32,000 nt of DNA from Acaryochloris marina S15 (GCF_018336915.1 NZ_CP064923.1:1650001-1682000); one strand, 5' to 3'. Positions 17,143-27,543 are shown, numbered from the stretch's first letter. A program made the numbers and translations. The notes: a model not told the origin generated them from the letters alone.

Positions 17143-17349
17143 TGATTGGGCTGCTTCAGATACCTTCAGGATGATACTCTCAAACTGGGAAACGTCCTCA
17201 CTGCCCCATTTAGACCTATTACAGATGAGTTAAGGTTATTTGATTCATCTCTAATGCCTCTATACAATCAATCCAGTTATTGGGTGCTTAGTTGGGAGGC
17301 TCATTCAGTTCTCAGGCCAGTTGGGACCCGTTCTTTAGTTTGATTGTCA

Positions 17350-18126
17350 ATGCTTTTTCTGTTTCGCTGGTGGGAACGGTATCGTTTAGGGTTAATCCTA
17401 GCTATTTTGTGCTTGGGAGGGGCGTGGGTGTTCAGCCGTTCTCAAGGGGTTGGCTTGCTGGAAGTGTTTCGGTTTGCCAATAGACCTGTCCAGCCAGATG
17501 CCGTTCAACAGAAACAGCTGGTGGATGCCCAAACAAAACAGCTTCGCCAGCAACTCGTTGATCTGGAATCTCGAAATCAGACCCTCCAGAAGCTGGTTGA
17601 TCATAAAAGTGTGAAAAACAAGCAAGCGATCGCAGTTCCAGTACTGGGTCGGAGTGGGGATAATTGGTGGCAGCAGTTAACCCTCAGTAAAGGCCAGAAC
17701 CACGGTATTAAAGTGGGTTCTGTGGTGTTTGCCCCCGGTGGACTAGTGGGACGGGTGACGGCGGTGTCTCAAAATACCAGTCGAGTTCTGTTGGTAACCG
17801 ACCCCACGAGCCGAATTGGGGTGATTGTCACCCGTAGCCGCCATATGGGTATTTTTCAAGGTCAGTCTAGTACGGAAGCCCTGATCACGTTCTTTGATAA
17901 AGATCCAGATGTAAAGGTGGGGGATGCGGTGGTCACCTCTTCCCTCAGTCGCCTATTTCCTCCGGGACTGCCAGTGGGTAAAATTAAGACTTTGAAATTA
18001 GAGCAAAATTATAATCCTCAAGCCATTGTTGAATTGGCAGTTCCGATTAGCAAGCTGGAATGGGTCAGCGTATACCTGAATGATCAAACCTCTCTCCTTC
18101 AGAAAACAGTCCCCTCTTCCCCTTAA
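17350..18126 (+). CDS. mreC: Rod-shape-determining protein MreC
   Basis: N-terminal TM segment, a coiled coil (QLRQQLVDLESRNQTLQKL), then a beta-barrel region with GLVGRV and FPPGLPVGKI. ATG 17350 is preferred to TTG 17344. Confidence 0.85.
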   Translation: MLFLFRWWERYRLGLILAILCLGGAWVFSRSQGVGLLEVFRFANRPVQPDAVQQKQLVDAQTKQLRQQLVDLESRNQTLQKLVDHKSVKNKQAIAVPVLGRSGDNWWQQLTLSKGQNHGIKVGSVVFAPGGLVGRVTAVSQNTSRVLLVTDPTSRIGVIVTRSRHMGIFQGQSSTEALITFFDKDPDVKVGDAVVTSSLSRLFPPGLPVGKIKTLKLEQNYNPQAIVELAVPISKLEWVSVYLNDQTSLLQKTVPSSP

Positions 18127-18637
18127 TCTTTGGAACGCTGTCATTGTGGTTGGATCGGTGATGATCTGCGCCTTGATGCTGCTGTTCCGGTTGCCGGTCA
18201 TGGTGTTGTCAGGGGTGGGGCCGAATTGGCTGCTGGTGTGGGTGGTGACCTGGAGTATTAAGCGATCCTCTCTCCAGGGCATTGTGGCGGGTATTTGTTT
18301 GGGATTGATTCAAGATGGCCTGACGGCTGCTCAGCCGACCCATACCGTCGGCTTAGCCCTAGTGGGGTTGCTGACGGGACGCATCAACAAAAAACGCTTT
18401 ATTCAGGAAGACTTTATCTCCATTGCCCTAATCGTATTTGGCATGGCCCTGATGGTGGAGGCCGTGCATGCGATTCAGTTTGGATTAGGGGGGACCCATC
18501 GTCTTGAGGATGTTTGGCTTCATCTGCGGCAAACGGCTCTGAGTTCCGGGATTCTAAGTAGCTTATGGGCTCCAGTGGTTTATTTCCCTTTAAACCGATG
18601 GTGGACTCGATATCATCGGTTATTGGGTATCGAATAA
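18080..18637 (+). CDS. mreD: Rod-shape-determining protein MreD
   Basis: 185-aa polytopic membrane ORF directly after mreC (PNWLLVWVVTWS motif). With the ATG at 18080 it overlaps mreC by 47 nt. A later start cannot be excluded. Confidence 0.7.
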   Translation: MIKPLSFRKQSPLPLNLWNAVIVVGSVMICALMLLFRLPVMVLSGVGPNWLLVWVVTWSIKRSSLQGIVAGICLGLIQDGLTAAQPTHTVGLALVGLLTGRINKKRFIQEDFISIALIVFGMALMVEAVHAIQFGLGGTHRLEDVWLHLRQTALSSGILSSLWAPVVYFPLNRWWTRYHRLLGIE

Positions 18638-18799
18638 TAAATTGTTGCTCACATAAAAATTGCTTAGGTGCCCTTGGATCGTGGGTGGAAAAATTTGGAT
18701 GCTGGAGATAAATTCCCAAAATGTGATCAACGCGACGGTCTGAAATCGACTACAGTAGAGGATAGCGAAACAAGCAAATTGACGGGAGACGACTCCGGT

Positions 18800-20707
18800 A
18801 TGCATCTGAGTGAAATTGTCCACCCTAACCAGTTGCACGGGTTATCTATTTCGGAGCTGAAGCAAATTGCTAATCAGATCCGTGAGAAGCATTTAGATAC
18901 TGTGGCGACGAGTGGTGGTCATTTAGGACCGGGGTTAGGGGTTGTTGAACTCACCCTGGCGCTCTATCAAACTTTAGATTTAGACCAAGATAAAGTGGTG
19001 TGGGACGTGGGGCACCAAGCCTATCCCCACAAACTCATTACGGGACGATATGACCGATTCCATACTCTACGCCAAAAAGACGGCGTTGCTGGATATCTGA
19101 ATCGTCGAGAAAGCAAGTTTGACCACTTTGGTGCAGGTCACGCATCTACCAGTATTTCATCTGTATTAGGGATGGCCTTGGCTCGAGATGCCAAGGGAGA
19201 AAACTTTAAAACAGTCGCTGTGATTGGCGACGGGGCGATGACAGGGGGGATGGCCCTCGAAGCCATTAACCATGCGGGGCATCTTCCTCATACCCGCATG
19301 ATTGTGGTCTTAAACGATAACGACATGTCCATTTCTCCTAATGTGGGAGCCATGTCTCGTTATCTGAATAAGATGCGCCTGAGTCCACCGATTCAGTTCT
19401 TGTCCGATAATTTTGAAGAGCAGCTCAAGCAGTTACCCTTCGGGGAGCAGGTGGCCCCCGATCTAAAACGGCTCAAAGGCGGCATGAAGCGCCTGGCGGT
19501 TTCCAAGGTCGGTGCGGTATTTGAAGAGTTGGGCTTTACCTATATGGGGCCTGTAGATGGCCATAGCCTAGAAGAGTTGCTGGCAACCTTCAAAGAAGCC
19601 CATTTACACGAAGGCCCAGTGCTCGTGCATGTGGCTACCACGAAGGGTAAGGGATATGCGATCGCAGAGCAAGACCAAGTCGGTTACCATGCCCAAAGTC
19701 CGTTCAACCTAGAAACGGGCAAAGCCAAGCCATCTAACAAACCTAAGCCTCCCAACTATTCCAAGGTATTTGCAGAAACCCTGATCAAAATAGCGGAAAA
19801 CGATATCCGGGTCGTGGGCATAACCGCAGCCATGGCGACAGGAACAGGGCTAGATAAATTACAAGCTAAACTTCCCAAGCAATATATTGATGTTGGTATT
19901 GCTGAACAGCATGCGGTTACCCTAGCTGCCGGCATGGCCTGTGAAGGCATGCGACCCGTGGTCACTATCTATTCCACCTTCTTGCAGCGAGGGTATGACC
20001 AAATTATCCATGATGTCTGTATCCAAAACTTGCCGGTCTTCTTCTGCTTAGATCGAGCCGGAATTGTCGGTGCAGATGGTCCTACTCACCAAGGTATGTA
20101 CGATATTGCCTACCTGCGTTGCCTACCTAATATGGTGATGATGGCTCCTAAAGATGAAGCCGAACTACAGCAAATGTTAGTAACGGGCATCAACTATACC
20201 GACGGCCCCATTTCTATGCGGTATCCGCGGGGCAGTGGTTTGGGTGTGGGTCTGATGGAAGAAGGGTGGGAACCGTTACCCATTGGTAAAGCAGAAACTC
20301 TGCGCCATGGAGACGATGTTCTCCTGTTAGCCTATGGCACGATGGTGAACTTAGCGTCTCAAGCGGCAGATATGCTGACGGAGCACGGTATTCGAGCCAC
20401 GGTAGTGAATGCTCGGTTTGCCAAGCCCTTGGATACAGAGTTAATTATTCCTCTGGCTCAGAAGATAGGCCAGGTGGTGACCCTAGAGGAAGGCTGCTTA
20501 CCGGGTGGCTTTGGCTCGGCCGTCTTAGAAGCCTTGATGGATCATCAAGTTATGGTGCCCGTGACTCGCATTGGTGTTCCCGATCTATTGGTAGAGCATG
20601 CCACGCCGGATCAATCTAAATCAGCACTGGGGTTAACCCCTGCTCAAGTTGCTGAAAGAGTGTTAGGGTTGCTGAAGCAGAAACCAGCACCTAGCTACGT
20701 TTCCTAA
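18800..20707 (+). CDS. dxs: 1-deoxy-D-xylulose-5-phosphate synthase
   Basis: Start is placed at ATG 18800 ([24 protein letters not shown]...), giving 635 aa. Motifs [14 protein letters not shown] and GHQAYPHK, plus TPP-binding [15 protein letters not shown]...LNDN. The upstream 44 codons in the track are not dxs-like. Confidence 0.95.
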   Translation: MHLSEIVHPNQLHGLSISELKQIANQIREKHLDTVATSGGHLGPGLGVVELTLALYQTLDLDQDKVVWDVGHQAYPHKLITGRYDRFHTLRQKDGVAGYLNRRESKFDHFGAGHASTSISSVLGMALARDAKGENFKTVAVIGDGAMTGGMALEAINHAGHLPHTRMIVVLNDNDMSISPNVGAMSRYLNKMRLSPPIQFLSDNFEEQLKQLPFGEQVAPDLKRLKGGMKRLAVSKVGAVFEELGFTYMGPVDGHSLEELLATFKEAHLHEGPVLVHVATTKGKGYAIAEQDQVGYHAQSPFNLETGKAKPSNKPKPPNYSKVFAETLIKIAENDIRVVGITAAMATGTGLDKLQAKLPKQYIDVGIAEQHAVTLAAGMACEGMRPVVTIYSTFLQRGYDQIIHDVCIQNLPVFFCLDRAGIVGADGPTHQGMYDIAYLRCLPNMVMMAPKDEAELQQMLVTGINYTDGPISMRYPRGSGLGVGLMEEGWEPLPIGKAETLRHGDDVLLLAYGTMVNLASQAADMLTEHGIRATVVNARFAKPLDTELIIPLAQKIGQVVTLEEGCLPGGFGSAVLEALMDHQVMVPVTRIGVPDLLVEHATPDQSKSALGLTPAQVAERVLGLLKQKPAPSYVS

Positions 20708-20742
20708 TACTTGTCCACTGATTCCAATAAAACTGAACTCTG

Positions 20743-21810
20743 ATGACTGCATCGGTTGCCAATCCTGTTTATCCTGTTGTTTGGCGTGGCGACCACGTTG
20801 AACTGATTGATCAGACTCGCTTGCCTCAGCAATTTAGTGTGGTGGAGATCCGTCGCTCGGATGATATGGCGACCGCGATCAAAACCATGATTGTTCGGGG
20901 TGCCCCGGCCATCGGGGTTGCTGCAGCCTTTGGTATGTATTTGGGAAGTTGTGAAATCACCACTGACAATCGAGATGCGTTCTTGAGCGAACTGGCTGGA
21001 GTGGGTGACCTACTGAAAGCGACCCGACCCACGGCAGTTAATCTGTTTTGGGCGGTGGATCGGATGCTGAAAGTGGCCCGCCAAACCTTAGGCCCTATGT
21101 CCCAGATTCAAGACCAACTGTTAACCACCGCTCAAGAAATTGCAGCAGATGATTTACGGACTTGCAAAGCGATTGGTGATCATGGTCTGAGTGTTCTACC
21201 CAAAGATCCCGAAAAGCTTTGTCTTCTGACCCACTGTAATGCTGGAGCCCTAGCGACTGCAGGCTATGGAACGGCGTTGGGGGTGGTTCGCTCCGCTTGG
21301 ACTGCAGGCCGATTGGCTAGGGTCTATGCCGATGAAACTCGACCTCGTTTGCAGGGGGCTAAGTTAACCACTTGGGAATGTGTCCAAGAAGATATTCCGG
21401 TAACGCTAATTTCAGATGGAATGGCGGCCCATTGTATGCAGCAGGACCTCATTGATGTGGTGGTTGTGGGAGCCGACCGAATTGCGGCGAATGGCGATGC
21501 TGCCAATAAAATTGGTACTTATAGCGTTGCCCTCTGTGCCAAAGCCCACAATTTGCCTTTTTACGTCGCAGCCCCCCTCTCCACCATTGATTTTGAGTTA
21601 GCAGATGGTGGGGGAATTCCGATTGAAGAGCGACATCCATCTGAAATTTATCAGATTGGGACGACGGATATTTGTCCAAAAGGAGTAGAGTTCTATAACC
21701 CTGCTTTTGATGTGACTCCGGCTGAATTGATCACTGGCATTATTACGGAGCATGGGGTGTTTGCACCGGGGGATATTCGAGAGAAGCTCAGTCATCACCG
21801 CTCTGCTTAA
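20743..21810 (+). CDS. mtnA: S-methyl-5-thioribose-1-phosphate isomerase
   Basis: 355-aa ORF of the eIF-2B alpha/beta/delta-like family. Motifs [39 protein letters not shown] and [16 protein letters not shown]. Confidence 0.9.
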   Translation: MTASVANPVYPVVWRGDHVELIDQTRLPQQFSVVEIRRSDDMATAIKTMIVRGAPAIGVAAAFGMYLGSCEITTDNRDAFLSELAGVGDLLKATRPTAVNLFWAVDRMLKVARQTLGPMSQIQDQLLTTAQEIAADDLRTCKAIGDHGLSVLPKDPEKLCLLTHCNAGALATAGYGTALGVVRSAWTAGRLARVYADETRPRLQGAKLTTWECVQEDIPVTLISDGMAAHCMQQDLIDVVVVGADRIAANGDAANKIGTYSVALCAKAHNLPFYVAAPLSTIDFELADGGGIPIEERHPSEIYQIGTTDICPKGVEFYNPAFDVTPAELITGIITEHGVFAPGDIREKLSHHRSA

Positions 21811-21975
21811 ATTTGCCGCTTCTGCTCTCTGCCATCCTGGAGGCATTTATGGTCAATGGGGATGCATCTCTGTTATCACAGGAGTTGATGCCGATTCTCT
21901 GATGCGATCGCACAATCGTTCCTTCGCGAGGAGACAGTATCAGGCTGCTCTGAGTTGAAGGATGGCAAGGGACTG

Positions 21976-22848
21976 ATGGGACAAAATTCTGGACAGATGC
22001 CGAAAAAACGAATGCTTAGAGGGCGAGGTTTTAGACTTTGGAGCTTATTGATCCTCTTTGTCTTGGCTTTGGGGTTGCCGGTGTATGGATACAAGATTGA
22101 ACCCTATTGGGTAGAAGTAAAGACGGTTCCTCTGGTCTTACCTCATTTGCAGGCTGAATTTGATGGCTATCGGATTGTGCAGCTGAGTGATATGCATGTG
22201 GTCGATCAAATGCCACAGTCGTTTCTAGAGCGAGTCATTGAGCAAACGAATCAGCAGCAGCCCGATCTGGTCGTCATTACAGGAGATATTGTCACCTCTG
22301 ATCCTCAGCGGTATGCCTCTCGTATTGAAGCGGCATTCAAAGCCTTTGCAGCCCCGACGATTGCAGTTTTGGGAAATCATGACTATTGGTCTGATCCAGG
22401 AGCTGTTCAGCAGATTTTGCAAAAAGGTAATGTCGAACTGCTTCGGAATCAGGTCTATACAGTTGAACGAGATCAGGCACAGCTACACATTGCCGGGGTC
22501 GATGATGTCTGGGCAGGGGCTGCCGATCTCGATCAGGTGATGACCCTGTTGCCCAAGACAGGAGCTGCGATTTTGTTAGCTCATGAGCCAGACTTTGCCG
22601 ATGTGGCTGTCACGACCCACCGATTTGATCTAGAGCTTTCTGGACATGCCCATGGCGGTCAAGTTGCTATTCCGTTTGTGGGGGCTCCCGTGTTACCCCC
22701 CCATGGCAAGCGATACCCCATTGGGCAATATCAAATTGAAGACTTAATTCAATACACCAATCGGGGGATTGGCATGGTTAGCCCCCGAGTTCGGTTTGGG
22801 AGTCGTCCTGAAATTACGGTGTTTCAGCTATCTGCACCCACTGCTTAG
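21976..22848 (+). CDS. Membrane-anchored metallophosphoesterase (YkuE/calcineurin-like)
   Basis: Motifs QLSDMHV, ITGDIV, LGNHDYW and LSGHAHGGQ, with an N-terminal TM/signal segment. The start is ambiguous: TTG 21955, ATG 21976 or ATG 21997. Confidence 0.8.
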   Translation: MGQNSGQMPKKRMLRGRGFRLWSLLILFVLALGLPVYGYKIEPYWVEVKTVPLVLPHLQAEFDGYRIVQLSDMHVVDQMPQSFLERVIEQTNQQQPDLVVITGDIVTSDPQRYASRIEAAFKAFAAPTIAVLGNHDYWSDPGAVQQILQKGNVELLRNQVYTVERDQAQLHIAGVDDVWAGAADLDQVMTLLPKTGAAILLAHEPDFADVAVTTHRFDLELSGHAHGGQVAIPFVGAPVLPPHGKRYPIGQYQIEDLIQYTNRGIGMVSPRVRFGSRPEITVFQLSAPTA

Positions 22849-22928
22849 CAGTAGTGAAGACCGTTTAAGGGATTAATTTTGCTAGAGGCTATCTCAGTTG
22901 CTGATTACCCTTGGGCTCAGGGTTCTCA

Positions 22929-23600
22929 CTATCCTGCTGGGCTCTGGGAGGCATACAGAGAGGGGCGAAGGCACAAATAGGCCAATGGTCCTAGTAATGG
23001 CACTAACGCAGCCCCCCAAAATAAGGGCGTTTGAGTGGATAACCCTCGTCTGTTGATATCGGCTACTAACATGGCGGGAAAAACAAGGCTGAGCATACAA
23101 AAATCTAGACTCATCACATGAATAAATCGGCTAGTTTGCCAGAGATGAATGAAGTCTGCCCAGTCCCCTTGGGAAAAGCCAAAGACCAGGAGTGCGATCG
23201 CACCGACGAACAACCCAATTCCTAGCCCTCGACTATCCCAGAACTTTAAATTCCGGTTGCTCTCGCCAGCCAATTCAGGCTGTGGAGCTTGGCGGAGAGC
23301 TAGGTAGGGCAGTAGAGCAAAGGCTCCAAAGGCAAAGGATAGGCTAGCGAAAGGCCACGCTGAAATTTTTTGTTCGCAACCGTCTGCAAACAGCACGCTC
23401 CCATAGATCATGGGCCAGATGCCCATCAGATTGAAGAGAGCAATCACTAAGGGATTGATGCCTTCCCAGTTCATCGTTGACAGTTGTTGAATTAATTCAA
23501 GAGAATTGCCTTGATCGGGGGGTGCTAACACAAAGGCATAGATACTAAACCCTAGCCATATCAAGCCAAATCCAATTTTTTGCACCATGCCAACTCTCAT
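22929..23600 (-). CDS. Conserved polytopic membrane protein of unknown function
   Basis: 223-aa ORF with about 6 hydrophobic segments. Alternative ATG at 23588 (MVQKIGFGLIWLGF...). No catalytic motif. Confidence 0.6.
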   Translation of the reverse strand: MRVGMVQKIGFGLIWLGFSIYAFVLAPPDQGNSLELIQQLSTMNWEGINPLVIALFNLMGIWPMIYGSVLFADGCEQKISAWPFASLSFAFGAFALLPYLALRQAPQPELAGESNRNLKFWDSRGLGIGLFVGAIALLVFGFSQGDWADFIHLWQTSRFIHVMSLDFCMLSLVFPAMLVADINRRGLSTQTPLFWGAALVPLLGPLAYLCLRPSLYASQSPAG

Positions 23601-24084
23601 CCAACGTTTCTACATCTATTTAAAATATGCCTGAATTTGGATGATGTGATGGCGATTTTTAATTGGGCTTCGCTGAGGGAGGCTGAGGGTAATCAATTTT
23701 TCACCTTATTCTCAATCATCGCTCTCACTTGAGAGGCCTGTTTTTTGCTATCCCATGATTGAGACGGCAACCATATCAATTTCAGTGCAAACGATAGGTC
23801 TTCAGGAGGCATTTCAACGCCATGCTCGGTGAGATTAATCTTTTCAGGCGATTTGCTAAGGGCCTAGATTTCTCAGTGACCACAGTCACCCCCCTATTTG
23901 ATGATTGTCACTGAATTGATAAGCCAGTCGCTGTATATCTTATAGACACACCCCGCTATTTCAAAGGACAGGCAGATGAACCCAAAATTCTGGACGGTTT
24001 AAGGACAAAGGGCTGAAGTTTGCATTCAGCTTGTGTCGTGAGTGACCGATACCCCCAAAGAATTGCCTACTCTGGAAAACTCCC

Positions 24085-25839
24085 ATGCTATTGAACAATC
24101 GCTTTCGCATCTTAAAACAACTGGCCAAAGGTGGTTTTGGCGCAACTTATTTGGCAGAAGATACCCACATGCTGTCCCGGCGTCACTGTGTGGTGAAGCA
24201 GTTACAGCCTGAGGTGCCTAACCAACACTGTTATGAGATTGCACTCAAAAAATTCAAAGAGGAAGCGGCGGTCCTTGAACAACTGAAGCATGATCAAATT
24301 CCTCAGCTGTATGGCTACTTTGAACAAGAGGAGCGCCTGTTTTTGATCCAGGAATGGATAGATGGGCCAACCTTAGGGGAAAAAGTCAGAGCTTTGGGAC
24401 AGCTCTCGGCAGAAGAAGTTCAACAGATGCTGCTGCGAGTGCTGCCTGTTCTAGAATATCTGCATAATTTTAAAGTCATTCATCGGGATATTAAGCCAGA
24501 TAACTTGATTTTGCGGCAGGTGGATAGTCGCCCTGTGCTGATCGACTTTGGTTCCATGAAGCGGCATCTTAAAACCCGCATCAGCTTTTCCGGCAGCGTT
24601 ATAGATTCTGTGATCATTGGTACGGAGGGGTTTATGTCCCCTGAGCAAGCGGCCCAACGAACAGTCTATGCCAGTGATTTATACAGTTTGGGGATGACTG
24701 CAATCTATGCTCTGACGGCAAAGCTACCCGTGGAGATGGAATCTGACTACGAGACAGGCCAGTTCCGATGGCGACAATATGCGCCCCATGTGAGCGATCA
24801 TTTAGCTGATATTTTGAACAAAGCGACAGAGTTCAGCCCTCAAGATCGCTTTAGCACAGCCACGGAAATGTTGGATGCGTTGACCCTGCAGAATGCCAAT
24901 GCTGTCGCTACGATCATCTCTGAACGAACCATTCATCAACGACCCACAATATTAGATCAGGTTGAGCCGGAGCTTCCTAAAGCTGAAGCCGTGATTGCTC
25001 GCAAGGGGCTGAAGACGTTGGAGTTTTCACCTTCTGCGGTGATGACCTCTCTCATGGCGGGGGGGATTGGATTTGCGATCGCACTCAGTTTCCAAGGTCT
25101 AGGCCCTCAAGCCGTAAAAGCCAATCATGATCAGGACACCGGCAAGTCTTTGGTTCAAGCGGCCAATACTTTCTCTGTACAGGGGAAAAAGTTAGGCGCA
25201 ATCCGTACTTTATTGAATGTGCCCACCACCTCTGATCATGCCCAAGAAGCCCGAGAGAAAGTGGCGAATCTAGTGCACCTGGAGCTGGGGCAAAGCATCG
25301 ATCAACAATTGGATGTCATGAATTTGGAAAAGCCTCCTGGTAAGGCTAAGCGAAGTTTGGCGGGCATCGGAGTCTCTTATTTATCAGACGTTAAAACCAA
25401 GACCCAGATAGATAAAGTAAAAACAAAATTTGGCCATTCACCGATCAATACCTATAGTCCCCACTGGCCCATCTATCGTCAGCCGACGGATGCAGACTTA
25501 GTCGCCGATTCCAAGTCTTGGTATGACCCTTGGTTTGAACAGTATGATATTGCTCCCGGCATGACTCTGGAAGTGATGTATGGATGTAAGTCCAATAAGA
25601 TCCTGCAAACCGCCGAATCCTTTGACCGCAGCAATGTTGATTCTGAGTTTATTAAGGCCCGCTTCAATCGAATCCTGCAAGGTAGCCGTCAAGAGGATAT
25701 TCAAGTCTCCCAAGCGACCTTAAAGCAACTCACCAACCACACAGGTAAGGCCAGAACTGAGTCCTTCTCCACAGATCAAGTACGAGGCTGGATTATCAGC
25801 AATCAGGATCAGCTGATGATTGTCACCCGAGAGACATAA
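24085..25839 (+). CDS. Ser/Thr protein kinase with one TM segment and a ~250-aa C-terminal domain of unknown function
   Basis: 584-aa ORF. Motifs GKGGFGATYLAED, VVKQL, VIHRDIKPDNLIL, LIDFGSMK and GTEGFMSPEQ. The TM segment is VMTSLMAGGIGFAIALSF (aa ~318-335). Confidence 0.9.
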   Translation: MLLNNRFRILKQLAKGGFGATYLAEDTHMLSRRHCVVKQLQPEVPNQHCYEIALKKFKEEAAVLEQLKHDQIPQLYGYFEQEERLFLIQEWIDGPTLGEKVRALGQLSAEEVQQMLLRVLPVLEYLHNFKVIHRDIKPDNLILRQVDSRPVLIDFGSMKRHLKTRISFSGSVIDSVIIGTEGFMSPEQAAQRTVYASDLYSLGMTAIYALTAKLPVEMESDYETGQFRWRQYAPHVSDHLADILNKATEFSPQDRFSTATEMLDALTLQNANAVATIISERTIHQRPTILDQVEPELPKAEAVIARKGLKTLEFSPSAVMTSLMAGGIGFAIALSFQGLGPQAVKANHDQDTGKSLVQAANTFSVQGKKLGAIRTLLNVPTTSDHAQEAREKVANLVHLELGQSIDQQLDVMNLEKPPGKAKRSLAGIGVSYLSDVKTKTQIDKVKTKFGHSPINTYSPHWPIYRQPTDADLVADSKSWYDPWFEQYDIAPGMTLEVMYGCKSNKILQTAESFDRSNVDSEFIKARFNRILQGSRQEDIQVSQATLKQLTNHTGKARTESFSTDQVRGWIISNQDQLMIVTRET

Positions 25840-25913
25840 TCGATTCCATTAATCGCGTTCTTGGAAAATGTGAGTTTCTAGCCAGTGAGGCTGAGATTGA
25901 CTCAACCTTTGAT

Positions 25914-25970
25914 CGCTAAGGTGAAGCTCAACTACCCTGCTCGTATTTTCTCGTCCGCTAAGGAGAAGTC
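25914..25970. repeat. Two copies of CGCTAAGGnGAAG spaced 42 bp apart, upstream of the TVP38-like gene
   Basis: CGCTAAGGTGAAG at 25914..25926 and CGCTAAGGAGAAG at 25956..25968, 12 of 13 identical. They lie in the 195-bp spacer before the next gene. Confidence 0.7.
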
Positions 25971-26052
25971 GGCTCACTGTAGCCCCCCTAAGTGTGAAAT
26001 ATTAAGCAATAATTAAGCGAACTATTTTAGACTGTTGGCAATCTCAATCTTC

Positions 26053-26718
26053 ATGGCCATGAACAAAATACTGAGCAGACTGATTAAATTCATCTTGATT
26101 ATGGGGCTGGTGGTGGGCTTAATCTGGCTCATCCAACAATATGGAATGGAGAGAATCCGGGCCAACGTCGCTTATATGGGCGTATGGGCACCGATCGGCA
26201 TTTTTGCCCTCCGCTTTATCAGTGTGGTGATTCCAGCTTTACCCAGTACCGCTTGGTCTCTATTAGCAGGGACTGTTCTAGAAAGCTTCTGGACTGCATT
26301 AATTACGGTAGTTTTAGCCGATTTAGTGGCCTGTAGCCTGGGGTTTTATCTGGCAAAACGATATGGTCGGAATTTGGTAGAGAAGCTGGTCGGTACCCGA
26401 TTTATGGACAAGGTTGATAAAGTCAGCCAACGGCATTTGGAAAGTAATTTCTTTCTGCTAACGGGTTTTTTAATGACGGGATTATTTGACTTTGTCAGCT
26501 ATGGTGCCGGTTTGACGACCACTAAATGGGTGCAGTTTTTTCCTGCTCTCTTCATTGGTGTGGTGATCTCCAATACGCCTGTAGTGGCTATTGGTAAGGG
26601 CATGTTTGCAGAAGGGAATGCTCGCTTGTTAGTCGTTGCTGCAGTGCTAGGAATTTTTTCGTTGGCGATATTGACGGGGTGGTTACAACGCCGCAATAGC
26701 AAGCCAGTTAAGGGATGA
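26053..26718 (+). CDS. TVP38/TMEM64 (DedA-related) family membrane protein
   Basis: Polytopic ORF with the family-typical segment FISVVIPALPSTAWSLLAGTV and a basic loop KRYGRNLVEKL. Candidate starts are TTG 26035 and ATG 26053 or 26059. Confidence 0.75.
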   Translation: MAMNKILSRLIKFILIMGLVVGLIWLIQQYGMERIRANVAYMGVWAPIGIFALRFISVVIPALPSTAWSLLAGTVLESFWTALITVVLADLVACSLGFYLAKRYGRNLVEKLVGTRFMDKVDKVSQRHLESNFFLLTGFLMTGLFDFVSYGAGLTTTKWVQFFPALFIGVVISNTPVVAIGKGMFAEGNARLLVVAAVLGIFSLAILTGWLQRRNSKPVKG

Positions 26719-26761
26719 CATCTAGATCAAAGATCGAAGAATATGTCAGGCCGGGCCTACC

Positions 26762-27370
26762 CTATACTTTCGCTTTATGCTCAAGAACCCGATAGATGGC
26801 TTTGAGAATACTATCTTCATCCTGACTAATTTTCTGATCGATTAAAGCAATCGTAATTGCTTTGGATAAGACAAAAGCGGCAATATCAGGCTCTAAATCT
26901 TCTAACAGGGGTTCAATCACAACAGGCACTTTAAGCGCAGATTGAATCTGAAGGACCATGTCTTCCTCCATACCCATTGAGACTAAACGCGGCTTTAGCT
27001 CAGTGCTTATAAAGGCGTTGTCAGGACTGCCTGCTCGAATAACGTAGGCTAATAAACGATGAACTTTGCCCTGCTGACTTTTGGACATCTTGGTATAGGT
27101 GAGTTCGGCTTCAGCGTTGGCGTCATGGCCTTGATTGATATTGGTCAGGATTTTCTGCCATTCACCTTCACTACATTGCTCGGGTTTATCAACTACTAAC
27201 GATATCTGCACCTGACCATTGTTAGTCTTGAGGTGGGTGACACTGGCTTGAATTCCCAAGTACCCTAACCATTGGGAAATCATGCTAATGAGCTTATTGC
27301 TGGCAGAATGGGTCTGGGCGAGTAGCTGAACCTGAGTCCGGACAAGGGGTTGAACAAGACGATCAAGCAT
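26762..27370 (-). CDS. Hypothetical protein (C-terminal half weakly TerB-like helical domain)
   Basis: 202-aa ORF with ATG start. The C-terminal pattern DIAAFVLSKAITIALIDQKISQDEDSILKAI resembles TerB/DjlA-N type repeats. Weak call. Confidence 0.5.
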   Translation of the reverse strand: MLDRLVQPLVRTQVQLLAQTHSASNKLISMISQWLGYLGIQASVTHLKTNNGQVQISLVVDKPEQCSEGEWQKILTNINQGHDANAEAELTYTKMSKSQQGKVHRLLAYVIRAGSPDNAFISTELKPRLVSMGMEEDMVLQIQSALKVPVVIEPLLEDLEPDIAAFVLSKAITIALIDQKISQDEDSILKAIYRVLEHKAKV

Positions 27371-27543
27371 TGTTGATTTCTCTCAATTCTCTGGGGTTGG
27401 ATAAAGCTATCTTTGGGCGAATTTTAACCCAGCTTGTCATCAGTTGTGGGGCCGCCCCATTACCGATCACTCAATCGACATTAACAGCTTATTTCAATAC
27501 CTTTGTGAAGGCATACTTCTTAGAAATGCCCAAACGACGAGAA

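Noticed and set aside
17146-17343. 65-aa ORF filling the 200-bp mreB-mreC spacer.
   Set aside because: It has a non-ATG start, no motif and odd composition. It is more likely an untranslated spacer or promoter for mreCD.
18080-18126. 47-nt overlap of mreC and mreD as a possible translational-coupling or frameshift signal.
   Set aside because: It is most simply explained by uncertainty in the mreD start, since an in-frame GTG lies shortly after the mreC stop. No slippery sequence was seen.
18668-18799. 44-codon N-terminal extension of dxs in the track.
   Set aside because: The canonical Dxs N-terminus (MHLSEI...L..LS..EL..IA..IR) starts at ATG 18800. The extension has no similarity and would overlap the mreD-dxs spacer.
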